NCBI GenBank assembly: GCA_029907205.1
Contig: JARYMI010000016.1
Span: forward strand, 959 to 64,958
Source: Clostridiales bacterium
Lineage (GTDB): Bacteria; Acidobacteriota; Aminicenantia; Aminicenantales; UBA8522
DNA length: 64,000 nt
Direction: 5' to 3'
Part shown: piece by piece, positions 29,005 through 38,043 of the stretch
How the letters are laid out: each line of letters opens with the position of its first letter
Numbering within the stretch: the stretch's first letter is position 1
Translations under genes and position numbers: made by a program
Notes under the pieces: generated by a model
Told to the model about the DNA's origin: nothing
Database searches by the model: none
What the model saw: the letters and a program-made list of their open reading frames with translations, nothing else

Positions 29005-29427
29005 TTAGAAGCGGCCGGTGGAGCCGAACCCGCCCTCCCCGCGGGTCGTTTCGTCTAACTCTTCCACCTCGACGACCTCCACTGTCACGACCGGCTGGAT
29101 GAGCATCTGGGCGATCTTCATCCCTCTCTGGATGGCGAAGGGCTCGCCGCCGAGGTTCGCCATGACGACGCGGACTTCTCCCCTGTATCCAGCATCGACG
29201 ACTCCAGCCAGGCGGTGGACGCCCCGCAGGGAGAGACCGCTCTTGTCCCAGATGAGGCCGACATAGCCCTCCGGGATGGCCATCTTGATCCCCGTCGGGA
29301 TCGCCTTCACTTCTCCCGCCCCGATCACATCATCAACCGCAGAAAAGAGATCGAGCCCCGCGTCCCCCGGGTGATGATAGATAGGCAGCCTCGCTTCTGG
29401 AGTTATTTTGTTTATTTTAAGTTTCAT
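29005..29427 (-). CDS. dut: dUTPase
   Basis: AGLDL, KSGL, GVVDAGYRGE, IAQ, RGEGGFGSTG. Confidence 0.97.
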   Translation of the reverse strand: MKLKINKITPEARLPIYHHPGDAGLDLFSAVDDVIGAGEVKAIPTGIKMAIPEGYVGLIWDKSGLSLRGVHRLAGVVDAGYRGEVRVVMANLGGEPFAIQRGMKIAQMLIQPVVTVEVVEVEELDETTRGEGGFGSTGRF

Positions 29428-29489
29428 GGCATGAATCCCCTAAACTCTTATAACCTGATGTATTCGCAAATTATCCCAGAAAGCTGCTC

Positions 29490-29533
29490 CCTCTCCCCGA
29501 CCCTCTCCTATATAGGGAGAGGGGATTTTTTTT
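29490..29533. terminator. Hairpin with T-tract between nrdG and dut
   Basis: ccctctcc-tatatag-ggagaggg followed by gatttttttt. Confidence 0.4.
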
Positions 29534-29558
29534 CTCTCATTTCGTGAACAGTTCAGGT

Positions 29559-30257
29559 CTAGACCCCTTCGACCCGGACTTCGCCAAAATACGGCTTTAT
29601 AATTTTAGTCATTCTATCGATTTCATCAATTTCATAGGGTTTAACGTGGAGATAGTTCCGGTCAATCGGGTTCTTCGTTGAAAACTGCTGGATCTGGAAG
29701 GTCTTCGCCCCCTTGAGCATCGCCGCAATCTCGACGAGGTCCTCTTCTCCGACGAGGCCGGGCACGACCGTCGTCCTGAACATGTAAGGCAGGCCAGAAG
29801 TCCTGATAATCTCGATACTCCGAGCGATCTTCTCTTCCATTCCAGCGGCGCGCACAACCTGAGCATACCGCCTCAGCGGCGCCTTGATATCCATGGCCAG
29901 GTAGTCCACCAGTTTCTTTCCGATGAGTTCTTCCAGCCGCTCCGGGAACGAGCCGTTCGTGTCCACTTTAACAAGAAGATTGCGGTCTTTGATCACCCGG
30001 CAGAGGACCTCGAGGTCTTCCTGGAGGAGCGGCTCACCGCCGCTGAGGCAGACAGCTTCAAGCCAGCCACGCCGCGAATCGAGATGGCTCACGAAATAAT
30101 CGAGCGGCATTGTCGGGAGCGATTCTGGCCGCAGGACAAGGTCAGCGTTGTGGCAATAGGGACAGCGAAAATTGCACCCGGCCAGAAAAACGGTTGAGGA
30201 GATAAACCCCGGGTAATCAAGCGGAGCGAACTTTTCTAAACCCTTAATTTCAACCAA
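29559..30257 (-). CDS. nrdG: Anaerobic RNR activating radical SAM protein
   Basis: GCNFRCPYCHN, SGGEP, DTNGS, MDIKAP, FRTT; downstream of nrdD. Confidence 0.93.
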   Translation of the reverse strand: MVEIKGLEKFAPLDYPGFISSTVFLAGCNFRCPYCHNADLVLRPESLPTMPLDYFVSHLDSRRGWLEAVCLSGGEPLLQEDLEVLCRVIKDRNLLVKVDTNGSFPERLEELIGKKLVDYLAMDIKAPLRRYAQVVRAAGMEEKIARSIEIIRTSGLPYMFRTTVVPGLVGEEDLVEIAAMLKGAKTFQIQQFSTKNPIDRNYLHVKPYEIDEIDRMTKIIKPYFGEVRVEGV

Positions 30258-30502
30258 GAGTCGAGCTCCAGGTGGTCGTTGAAGATGCCGAGCACCTTTC
30301 CGTCCTCGCGCAGGACAAAGACCGGGATGACGATCGCTCCCTTCTCATCGCGCTTGATCTGGCCGAGGAATTCCCTTATCCGCAGCTTGCTCTCTTTCTG
30401 GGCCAAGCTGAGTTCCTGGCCTCCGAGTTTGGTCTCCTTCAGGTAATTCTTGAAGGCGTCGCACCTATCGCAATTCGGGTACGTGAAAAGGAGATAGTCC
30501 AT
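30236..30502 (-). CDS. Glutaredoxin/NrdH-like CxxC protein
   Basis: TYPNCDRC, cis-Pro-like VIPVF; sits between nrdD and nrdG. Confidence 0.75.
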   Translation of the reverse strand: MDYLLFTYPNCDRCDAFKNYLKETKLGGQELSLAQKESKLRIREFLGQIKRDEKGAIVIPVFVLREDGKVLGIFNDHLELDSWLKLRV

Positions 30503-30505
30503 GGC

Positions 30506-32578
30506 TCAGAAAAGCTTCTCGTAAGGAGTTCTGTCCCTAAACTCTTGCTGCTTGCCGTCGTTCCAGGTCCGCACGGGCCGGAGATAGCCGACAATCCTTG
30601 AGTAGACCTCTGTCTGCGACCCGCACTTCGGGCAGGAGGGATGCCGGCCCCTGAGGTAGCCGTGGTTGTCGCAGACGGAAAAAGTCGGTGTGATGCTGAA
30701 GTACGGAATCTTGGTCTCGGCAATCTTTCGCACGAGCTTGCGGCAGGTCTCGCGGTCGATCGACTCCGGCAAGAACGTGTGGAAGATCGTTCCGCCCGTG
30801 TAAAGACACTGAATGTCCTGCTGGTGCCGGATGGCCTCGAAGACATCGCGGGTGGCGTCGACATTGAGCTGAGTGGAGTTCGTGAGATAGGGGTACTTGT
30901 CCGTCCCGGCCGTGATGATATTCTTGTATTTTTCCCGGTCCAGGCGGGCCAAGCGGTAGGACGTGCTCTCGGCAGGCGTGGCCTCGAGGTTGTAGAGGTT
31001 TCCGGTCTCTTCCTGAAACTTCTGGAGCACTCCTTTCATAAAGGTCAGCGTCTCGATGGCGAATTCCTTGCCCTCCGGCGTTCCGACCCCTTTGCCCAGG
31101 AAGTTCAGGCAGGCCTCGTGCATCCCGCAGACGCCGATTGTCGAGAAATGGTTGTCGAAGTGTCCGAGATAGACCATCGTGTAGGGAATGAGGCCTTTAG
31201 CCAGCATGCTGTTAACTACTTCCCGCTTCGTCTCCAGGGATTCCTTGGCCAAGACCATGAGCTCACGCAGCTTGGAGAAAAATTCCTCCCTCGAGTTCGC
31301 TTCGTAACCGACCCGGTTGAGGTTGATCGTGACGACCCCGATCGACCCCGTCGAATCCCCCGGCCCCCAGATGTTTCCCGGCCGCCGCAGAAGCTCTCGT
31401 TGGTCGAGGTTGAGGCGGCAGCACATCGCCCGGATGTCGCCCGGGTTCAGGTTTGTCCCGATGTAATTCTGGAAATAGGGAATCCCGTACTTGGCTGTCG
31501 CCTCGAAAAGCAAATCGGCGATGGGCGAATCCCAGGCGAAATCCCTGGAGATGTTGTACGTCGGGATGGGAAAGGTGAAAACGCGGCCCTTCTGGTCTCC
31601 CTCGATCATCAGCTCCAGGAAGGACCGGTTGATCATGTCGATTTCTTCCTGATAATCGCCGTATGTTGAGTCGAGCTCCACGCCCCCGACAACAACGCGC
31701 TTGTCCTTCATATCCTCCGGCACGGTCAGGTCAAAGGTCAGGTTGGAGAACGGCGTCTGCCACCCCCAGCGCGACGGGACGTTGAGCCCGAAGATGAGCT
31801 TCTGGACATCTTGCTTGACTCTGTCATAATCGAGCTTATCGGCCCGGACAAACGGCGCCAAGAGCGTGTCAACCGAGGAGAAGGCCTGGGCGCCGGCGAA
31901 TTCTCCCTGCATCGTGCCGATGAAATTGACCATGTGGAGAGTGGCCGTTTCTAAATGTTTAGCCGGGTAGGAGTGCACCTGATTGGGGACATGGCCAAAC
32001 CCTTTGCGGAGGAGTTTCTCAAGCGACCAGCCGGCGCAGTAGCCGACAATCGGGTAAGAAAGGTCATGGAGGTGGAATTCTCCTTCGAGATGCGCTTTCT
32101 TGATTCTCTCGGAATAGAGCTGGTTGAGAGCAAAATTGGACAGGACCTCGCCCGAGACGCGAGCGTTGAGCCCTGAAAAGCTCATCACGCCTTCGTTGCT
32201 GTTCTCCCTGATTTTCCAGTCTACGTCGTTGATGTAATCCTTGATCAACCGCTCGAGGTTGATCCCTGTTTTCTTGGCCTCGCGGATGGATTTGTGCCTC
32301 TCGCGGTAGAGGATGTAGGATTTGGCCACCTCGTGGTAACCCTGTTTCATCAGCACCATTTCCACGATGTCCTGGATCTGTTCGACCGAAGGGATTGTGT
32401 AGCCTCCGAACTTGTCTTCGAGCATGAACGTCGCGATATCCGAGACGGTCTTGGCGGCAGCGCGGTCTGTTATGCCGTTTGCCTCCATCGCTTTATAGAC
32501 GGCATTGGTTATCTTATCCTGGACGAAATCGACGACGGTCCCGTCTCTTTTTTTGATCCTGGAAACACCCCGGGTCAT
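30506..32578 (-). CDS. nrdD: Class III ribonucleotide reductase with ATP cone
   Basis: IKKRDG ATP cone, HLHDL..GYCAGW, FTFPIPT, MCCRL, EATPAES, Zn ribbon, SRIVGYLRP glycyl-radical loop. Confidence 0.97.
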   Translation of the reverse strand: MTRGVSRIKKRDGTVVDFVQDKITNAVYKAMEANGITDRAAAKTVSDIATFMLEDKFGGYTIPSVEQIQDIVEMVLMKQGYHEVAKSYILYRERHKSIREAKKTGINLERLIKDYINDVDWKIRENSNEGVMSFSGLNARVSGEVLSNFALNQLYSERIKKAHLEGEFHLHDLSYPIVGYCAGWSLEKLLRKGFGHVPNQVHSYPAKHLETATLHMVNFIGTMQGEFAGAQAFSSVDTLLAPFVRADKLDYDRVKQDVQKLIFGLNVPSRWGWQTPFSNLTFDLTVPEDMKDKRVVVGGVELDSTYGDYQEEIDMINRSFLELMIEGDQKGRVFTFPIPTYNISRDFAWDSPIADLLFEATAKYGIPYFQNYIGTNLNPGDIRAMCCRLNLDQRELLRRPGNIWGPGDSTGSIGVVTINLNRVGYEANSREEFFSKLRELMVLAKESLETKREVVNSMLAKGLIPYTMVYLGHFDNHFSTIGVCGMHEACLNFLGKGVGTPEGKEFAIETLTFMKGVLQKFQEETGNLYNLEATPAESTSYRLARLDREKYKNIITAGTDKYPYLTNSTQLNVDATRDVFEAIRHQQDIQCLYTGGTIFHTFLPESIDRETCRKLVRKIAETKIPYFSITPTFSVCDNHGYLRGRHPSCPKCGSQTEVYSRIVGYLRPVRTWNDGKQQEFRDRTPYEKLF

Positions 32579-32637
32579 CAAGCGCCTCCTTTCCTCTCTC
32601 CAAATAGCGGAAACCGGTCAAGAAACCATCAATATGA

Positions 32638-32685
32638 ATGCCATATCTTGTATAAGTTGATGGTTCTTTCTACAAAATATTGTAT
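32638..32685. promoter_or_regulatory. Tandem NrdR boxes
   Basis: atgccatatcttgtat (32638) and ctacaaaatattgtat (32670), 32 bp apart, upstream of nrdD. Confidence 0.75.
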
Positions 32686-32815
32686 TTTGCGCCAGAAAAT
32701 TTACTCCCAATTTTGGAGCTTGTCAAGGGGTTAGGGCGACTTTTTTTGCTTTTTTTTGAAAAAATTTTTGTCTATGCTATCTACGGATGAAAAAAGCCTG
32801 AAAAAGAGGTCCCGA

Positions 32816-33211
32816 ATGAAAAGATTAGACATCTCAACTTCTGCGAAAGAAGCCTTTATCGACATCACGGCCAAGGTGGATGAGGAAATCCGGAAGGCGC
32901 GAATTGAGGCGGGCGTCTGTCTTATCTATGTCCCTCACACTACGGCAGCGGTGACGATCAACGAGAACGCCGACCCGACAGTGAGGCAGGATTTGTTGAC
33001 GGTCCTGCGGAAAGCGGTTCCCGATTCGCTTCCTTACGCCCATACAGAGGGGAATTCTCCGGCCCATGTCAAGGCCAGCCTGGTCGGCTCCTCGGTTGCC
33101 GTCATCATTGAGGCCGGGGGGATTGCTCTCGGGACTTGGCAGGGCATTTTTTTCTGCGAATTTGACGGCCCGCGCCGGCGCCAGGTCTATCTCAAAATCA
33201 TCCCCTGTTGA
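32816..33211 (+). CDS. yjbQ: YjbQ/UPF0047 family protein
   Basis: PHTTAA.TINENADP, H.EGNS.AH, LGTWQGIFFCEFDGPR. Confidence 0.93.
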   Translation: MKRLDISTSAKEAFIDITAKVDEEIRKARIEAGVCLIYVPHTTAAVTINENADPTVRQDLLTVLRKAVPDSLPYAHTEGNSPAHVKASLVGSSVAVIIEAGGIALGTWQGIFFCEFDGPRRRQVYLKIIPC

Positions 33212-33216
33212 GCTTT

Positions 33217-33822
33217 TTAAAAGGTAAGACCAAGAGCGCGGAGCTCTTTTTCCAAGTCAGTGCGGGGTTGGTAGAGGATAGTCTTGAAGCCGAGATTTGC
33301 GGCTGCCCGGATATTTTCTTCCATGTCGTCAATAAAAACACAGGCCGAAGCCTCGGCCCCGGCACTTTTGAGCGCCTCCTGGTAGATTCTCGGATGAGGT
33401 TTCATTACGCCCACTTCGAAGGAAAGGACGTAAGCATCAAAAATGAGGATCTCGGGGAAATTATCCTTGATGAAACTGAACCGGACGACGTCTGTGTTTG
33501 AGAGAAGGACAAGCCGGTATTTTCCCCTGAGCTTTTTATAGAGCTCAAGAACTGGCGGGTTGAGCCAGAAGACGTCTGTGTAGGCGGCGAAAAAATCCTC
33601 GTAGTTTACTGATGCATTAAGCTCAGCAGTGGCACGGTCATAGAACTGCTGCGGCGTTATTCTCCCCGTATCGAAAAGTTCAATCATCTCTGCCCGGCGG
33701 TGGACGACTTCCCTGATCTTTTCCTCGGAGAGAGAACAGGTGGCCGCGATTTTCCGGAAGAAAATTGCGTTATCGAACCAGAGAACGACTTTGCCAAGGT
33801 CAGAGATGATTGTCCGGATCAT
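33217..33822 (-). CDS. HAD-IA phosphatase (YihX-like)
   Basis: DLGKV, LLSNT, KP.P.IY, FIDD..EN. Confidence 0.9.
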   Translation of the reverse strand: MIRTIISDLGKVVLWFDNAIFFRKIAATCSLSEEKIREVVHRRAEMIELFDTGRITPQQFYDRATAELNASVNYEDFFAAYTDVFWLNPPVLELYKKLRGKYRLVLLSNTDVVRFSFIKDNFPEILIFDAYVLSFEVGVMKPHPRIYQEALKSAGAEASACVFIDDMEENIRAAANLGFKTILYQPRTDLEKELRALGLTF

Positions 33823-33837
33823 CAGAGACGCCTTCGA

Positions 33838-35106
33838 TCACGACGCTTGAGCCAGCCTTGTCGGGAGTTCTATTCCCGTGCCCTCCTTCCTGGCTGCTCG
33901 CTTAAGGAGCAGGGAGAAGATGAGGCCCATGAAGCCGAGCAAAGCGAACATCAGGATGGTGTTCGTGTAATCGCCGTCAGCCAGGTCAGTCAGCCGGCCT
34001 GCCAGCCAGTTGAACAGGGTCAGCCCGACATTTTGGATCAAGGTCATCAGCCCGAAGGCTGTTCCCAGCCGCTTTTCCTCGACCATAATCGGGATCGCCG
34101 GCCACATGGCCGCAGGGACAAGGGAGAAAGAAATCCCGAGCACAACCATGGCCGCCGCGGGCGCAAAATGGGTCAGGCCCAGGGAAAGATGAACAGGCAC
34201 TAAAATTAGCGAGCCTAAGATCATCATCGTTGCCCGCCTGCCTATTTTATCGGCCAAAAACCCGAACACGGGCGTAAAAACCATCGAGCCGGAGATGACG
34301 AGCGAAGTATAGAACCCGCCCTTGACCGCGCTGAACCCGAACTTTGTCTGGAGGAACACGGTCGAGAACGCTGTAAACGGGAAGATGGCCGAGTAGAAGG
34401 TCATGCACAGGAGGGAGACAAACCAGAAGGAGGGCTTGAACCGGAAGACATCCCGCAAGACAAATTTATCCTCTCCTGCGGCGGCTTTTTCCTTCATAAA
34501 ATATTTTTCGTTCGCCCTGTCAAGGCCAGAATAGATAAAAAAGAGAGCAAAACTGACGAACATGATGATGGAGGAAACCCAGATGGCCAGCCGCCAGGAA
34601 CCACTCCACTCCTGAATCCTGGCCGCGGAATTGAGAGCGGCGAACGTTCCCAGACGGGCGACGGTCAGATTAAGGCCGAAGGCAAGAGCCAGCTCTTTTC
34701 CCCTGAACCACTTGGAAAGAACCTTGCTCTGGGTGATGATGAGCGACTCGGAGCCGAGTCCATAGATTAGCCTACCGACAAGCATCATCGAAAATGCTTG
34801 GCTCGCGGCGGTCAGAAAAACGCCCGCTGCGCAGAGGGCAGCAAACAAGGTCCCTGCTTTTCGGATGCCAATCTTGTCTAACAGGATGCCGCCGATAAGG
34901 ACCATGATGAAATTGGGCAGGTAATAGAAACTGAACAGAAGCCCATACTGAGCCCGCGTGATGTTCATCCCCTTCATGATGAAATCGGCAATCGGGCTCA
35001 CAGCATCGTACGCATAATAGGCGCCAAAAATGACCAGGCCCATGATGAGCAGGACAATCCACCGAAGCCTGTAAACTGTTTCCTTTGTTTCTTCGGGCAT
35101 GCTCAT
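33838..35106 (-). CDS. MFS transporter (MFSD1-like)
   Basis: About 12 TM helices, GILLDKIG.R, KWFRGKELALAFG, DKIGRR. Confidence 0.9.
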   Translation of the reverse strand: MSMPEETKETVYRLRWIVLLIMGLVIFGAYYAYDAVSPIADFIMKGMNITRAQYGLLFSFYYLPNFIMVLIGGILLDKIGIRKAGTLFAALCAAGVFLTAASQAFSMMLVGRLIYGLGSESLIITQSKVLSKWFRGKELALAFGLNLTVARLGTFAALNSAARIQEWSGSWRLAIWVSSIIMFVSFALFFIYSGLDRANEKYFMKEKAAAGEDKFVLRDVFRFKPSFWFVSLLCMTFYSAIFPFTAFSTVFLQTKFGFSAVKGGFYTSLVISGSMVFTPVFGFLADKIGRRATMMILGSLILVPVHLSLGLTHFAPAAAMVVLGISFSLVPAAMWPAIPIMVEEKRLGTAFGLMTLIQNVGLTLFNWLAGRLTDLADGDYTNTILMFALLGFMGLIFSLLLKRAARKEGTGIELPTRLAQAS

Positions 35107-35145
35107 GTCATCCGTCCATTTAAGGATCCATAATGCGATTTTCAC

Positions 35146-35273
35146 AATGGGCGCTGGATGCCGCCCAAAAGCCCCCGTAGCGGAGGGGGGACCCGTCGGC
35201 TTCTCCGACGGGGGGAACCGACGGGACTGGTTCCCCGGGGGCCGGGGGCCGAGGGTGGCATCCGGTGCCCATT
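35146..35273. repeat. GC-rich branched palindrome A
   Basis: aatgggcgctggatgccgccc pairs with gggtggcatccggtgcccatt; two internal hairpins. Confidence 0.75.
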
Positions 35274-35409
35274 AGACTCACACGGACAGAACGGTTGCGC
35301 CGTCCATTTTGTTCTCGCAATGTCCTTGAAAATTATGATAATACTATCCCGATGTCAAGAATTTTCACGATATGAGAGCATCTCAAATTCTGTGATGGAT
35401 AAATAATTT

Positions 35410-35523
35410 GAAAGAACGGGTGTCACGGCGCGTCCCCGTCCGTCCTCGCTCCACCCATCCCCCGTGGGGGAACCCCTTACGCTGCGGGCGTTGCGGGGCT
35501 GACGCCGTGCCACCCCTTCTTTC
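35410..35523. repeat. GC-rich palindrome B
   Basis: gaaagaacgggtgtcacggcg pairs with cgccgtgccaccccttctttc. Confidence 0.75.
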
Positions 35524-35610
35524 ATAGCCCATCAAATTATCACAGAATTTGAGATGCATCTTTATGATATCAGTGAGACTTCGCAAGCAGGTCATGAAAG
35601 GAGGATAATC

Positions 35611-37317
35611 GTGAAAGTTTTGTCGAGAAACAAAGGATTCTCATCTATCCGGTTTATCCTGACGCTCGCCGGGTTCATCACCCTGGTCGTCGGAGGGGCA
35701 CTGGCGTTGTATTTTACTAAAGGAAAAACGATCACGACTCAGGATATTGCTTCTGCAGAGAAAATCATCAACCTCCGCTTCACCCAGAAAGAAAGAAAAA
35801 TGATGCGGGAAAACCTCAGGGAGAACGCGTCTGATTATGCCAAGCTGCGGGATGTCAGCCTGGCAAACAGCGTGCCGCCTGCTCTCACCTTCAACCCTGT
35901 AGTCCCCGGTTTGATTCTTAAAAAGGACATAAAAGATAGAACGGCTATCACCCTTCATGAAAACCCGACTATCGAACGGCCAGCCGACCTCGAGGACCTG
36001 GCTTTTTATCCGGTCACAGCCCTGGCTCAGCTCATCCGGTCGGGCCATGTCAGCTCTACCGAACTTACCAAAATGTATCTCCGCAGGCTTAAAAAGTACG
36101 GGCCCCGGTTGGAATGTGTTGTTACGCTGACAGAAGACCTGGCGCTCGAGCAAGCGAAAAAAGCCGACGAAGAGATCGCCGCGGGCCGCTACCGCGGCCC
36201 GCTCCACGGCATTCCCTGGGGGGCAAAGGACCTTCTATCCACCAAGGGAATCAAAACGACCTGGGGCGCCCGGCCTTACAAAGATCAGGTCATTGATGAG
36301 GACGCGACTGTGGTCAAACGCCTGGAGGAAGCGGGCGCGGTGCTCGTTGCCAAGCTGAGCATGGGAGCTTTGGCCTGGGGGGATGTCTGGTTCGGCGGAA
36401 AAACCAAAAACCCTTGGAATTATGAGGAAGGGTCGAGCGGCTCGTCGGCCGGCTCAGCCGCAGCCACGGCTGCCGGGCTTGTCGGGTTTGCTATCGGCAC
36501 AGAGACGTGGGGGTCGATCGTCTCTCCCTCAACGCGCTGCGGCGTCACTGGACTGCGGCCGACCTATGGCCGCGTCAGCCGCACAGGAGCCATGGCTCTG
36601 AGCTGGAGCATGGACAAGATCGGCCCGATCTGCCGCTCGGTTGAGGACTGCGCCTTGGTGTTTGAGGCCATTCATGGACCGGACGGCCAGGACCTCACCG
36701 TCGTTGACTTCCCTTTCTTTTGGGACCCAACGCTCGACTTGAAGACAATCCGGGTCGGCTATTTGAAGAAGGCTTTCGAGAGAGACTACCCGACCAAGAA
36801 AAATGATGAGGCTTCTCTCGACCTCATCCGCGGCCTTGGCGTTGAGCTTCTCCCGTTCGAGCTTCCTGAAAACCTGCCTGTCGATTCTCTGGCCTTTATC
36901 TTAAACGCTGAGGCGGCCGCCGCTTTTGATGAGCTGACCAGGTCCAACCGCGATGATTTGCTTGTGCGTCAGGTCCGGAACGCCTGGCCGAATGTCTTCA
37001 GGCAGGCCAGATTCATTCCCGCGGTTGAATACATCCAGGCCAACAGAATCCGGACCCTCCTCATGAAGGAAATGGCCAAAAGGATGGCCGCAATCGACGT
37101 CTATATCGCTCCCTCATTTGGCAGCAACAATCTCCTCTTCACCAACCTGACCGGCCATCCAGCGGTGGTCGTGCCCAACGGCTTCAATGAGAAGGGCTCG
37201 CCAACGAGCCTATCTTTTATCGGTAACCTCTACGAGGAAGCCAAAGCCCTCCGACTGGCCCTGGCCTTCCAGCAAGCGACTGATTTTCACCTGAAACATC
37301 CTGAGCTTAAAGAGTGA
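35611..37317 (+). CDS. Amidase-signature family enzyme, N-terminal TM/signal
   Basis: GPLHGIPWGAKD, GSSGSSAGS, GTETWGSI; AGGAGG RBS before GTG 35611. Confidence 0.93.
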   Translation: MKVLSRNKGFSSIRFILTLAGFITLVVGGALALYFTKGKTITTQDIASAEKIINLRFTQKERKMMRENLRENASDYAKLRDVSLANSVPPALTFNPVVPGLILKKDIKDRTAITLHENPTIERPADLEDLAFYPVTALAQLIRSGHVSSTELTKMYLRRLKKYGPRLECVVTLTEDLALEQAKKADEEIAAGRYRGPLHGIPWGAKDLLSTKGIKTTWGARPYKDQVIDEDATVVKRLEEAGAVLVAKLSMGALAWGDVWFGGKTKNPWNYEEGSSGSSAGSAAATAAGLVGFAIGTETWGSIVSPSTRCGVTGLRPTYGRVSRTGAMALSWSMDKIGPICRSVEDCALVFEAIHGPDGQDLTVVDFPFFWDPTLDLKTIRVGYLKKAFERDYPTKKNDEASLDLIRGLGVELLPFELPENLPVDSLAFILNAEAAAAFDELTRSNRDDLLVRQVRNAWPNVFRQARFIPAVEYIQANRIRTLLMKEMAKRMAAIDVYIAPSFGSNNLLFTNLTGHPAVVVPNGFNEKGSPTSLSFIGNLYEEAKALRLALAFQQATDFHLKHPELKE

Positions 37318-37377
37318 AGGTTCATGATTAGCCCGTTTTTCCGCGGGGGCGGGGCTTATAGATCAGCCGGCTCTTAT

Positions 37378-37797
37378 CTAAAGCTTTTCCCTTATGCCAG
37401 CGGCCTTAGCCGAAACTCCCAAGTCGGGGACACTTATGATGCCATCCTTCGTGTCGACTCCGACTTTGAATTCCGCCCTGACCAGCCTCGCCACGCCGTC
37501 CGGAGGAGTCGGCGATCTGAACTCGAAGCTTAGGTTTTCCCCATCATAAACGATCTCAGAAACAGGAACATCGGTAAAGTAGCCCTGGGATTCGCTGATT
37601 GTTCCCTCGAGAGTTCCGTTCACGTTCCTCAGGTTCAGAGTGAGATAGAAGTACTCCCCGTCAGCATCAATCTCAATCTTCCAAGCGCCGATGATTTTGC
37701 CGTAATCCGGAGCCTGCTGCACCCCCTGCGAAAAAGAAAAACACATTGAGAGGAAGAAGATGAAGGCGACCAGAAAGGGGAAACGACGTTTGTTCAT
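37378..37797 (-). CDS. Secreted hypothetical beta-protein
   Basis: Signal peptide, IIGAWK...LEGTI motif; AGGAGG RBS. Confidence 0.75.
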   Translation of the reverse strand: MNKRRFPFLVAFIFFLSMCFSFSQGVQQAPDYGKIIGAWKIEIDADGEYFYLTLNLRNVNGTLEGTISESQGYFTDVPVSEIVYDGENLSFEFRSPTPPDGVARLVRAEFKVGVDTKDGIISVPDLGVSAKAAGIREKL

Positions 37798-38043
37798 CAA
37801 AACCTCCTGTTTCGCAGCCGTTTCTCAAACAGCTTTTTTTATATTTTAAGGTTGTATTATCTCCGATGGCAAGCCTCTCATACAAGAAAATTTTTTCGAT
37901 CTGCCCACGCCATAACCTTCTATCTTGGATACGAAAAAACGAGCCGAAGGGTTGCCCGACTTCCCGTTTTGTCCATAGGCAAGACCTCTTGTTGACATCA
38001 TTTCCTCCTTGACAAGGCCAGGAGAGATTTTAGAAGATTCGAA

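Noticed and set aside
30641-31669. 342-aa ORF antisense to nrdD
   Set aside because: Shadow ORF fully inside a well-supported gene.
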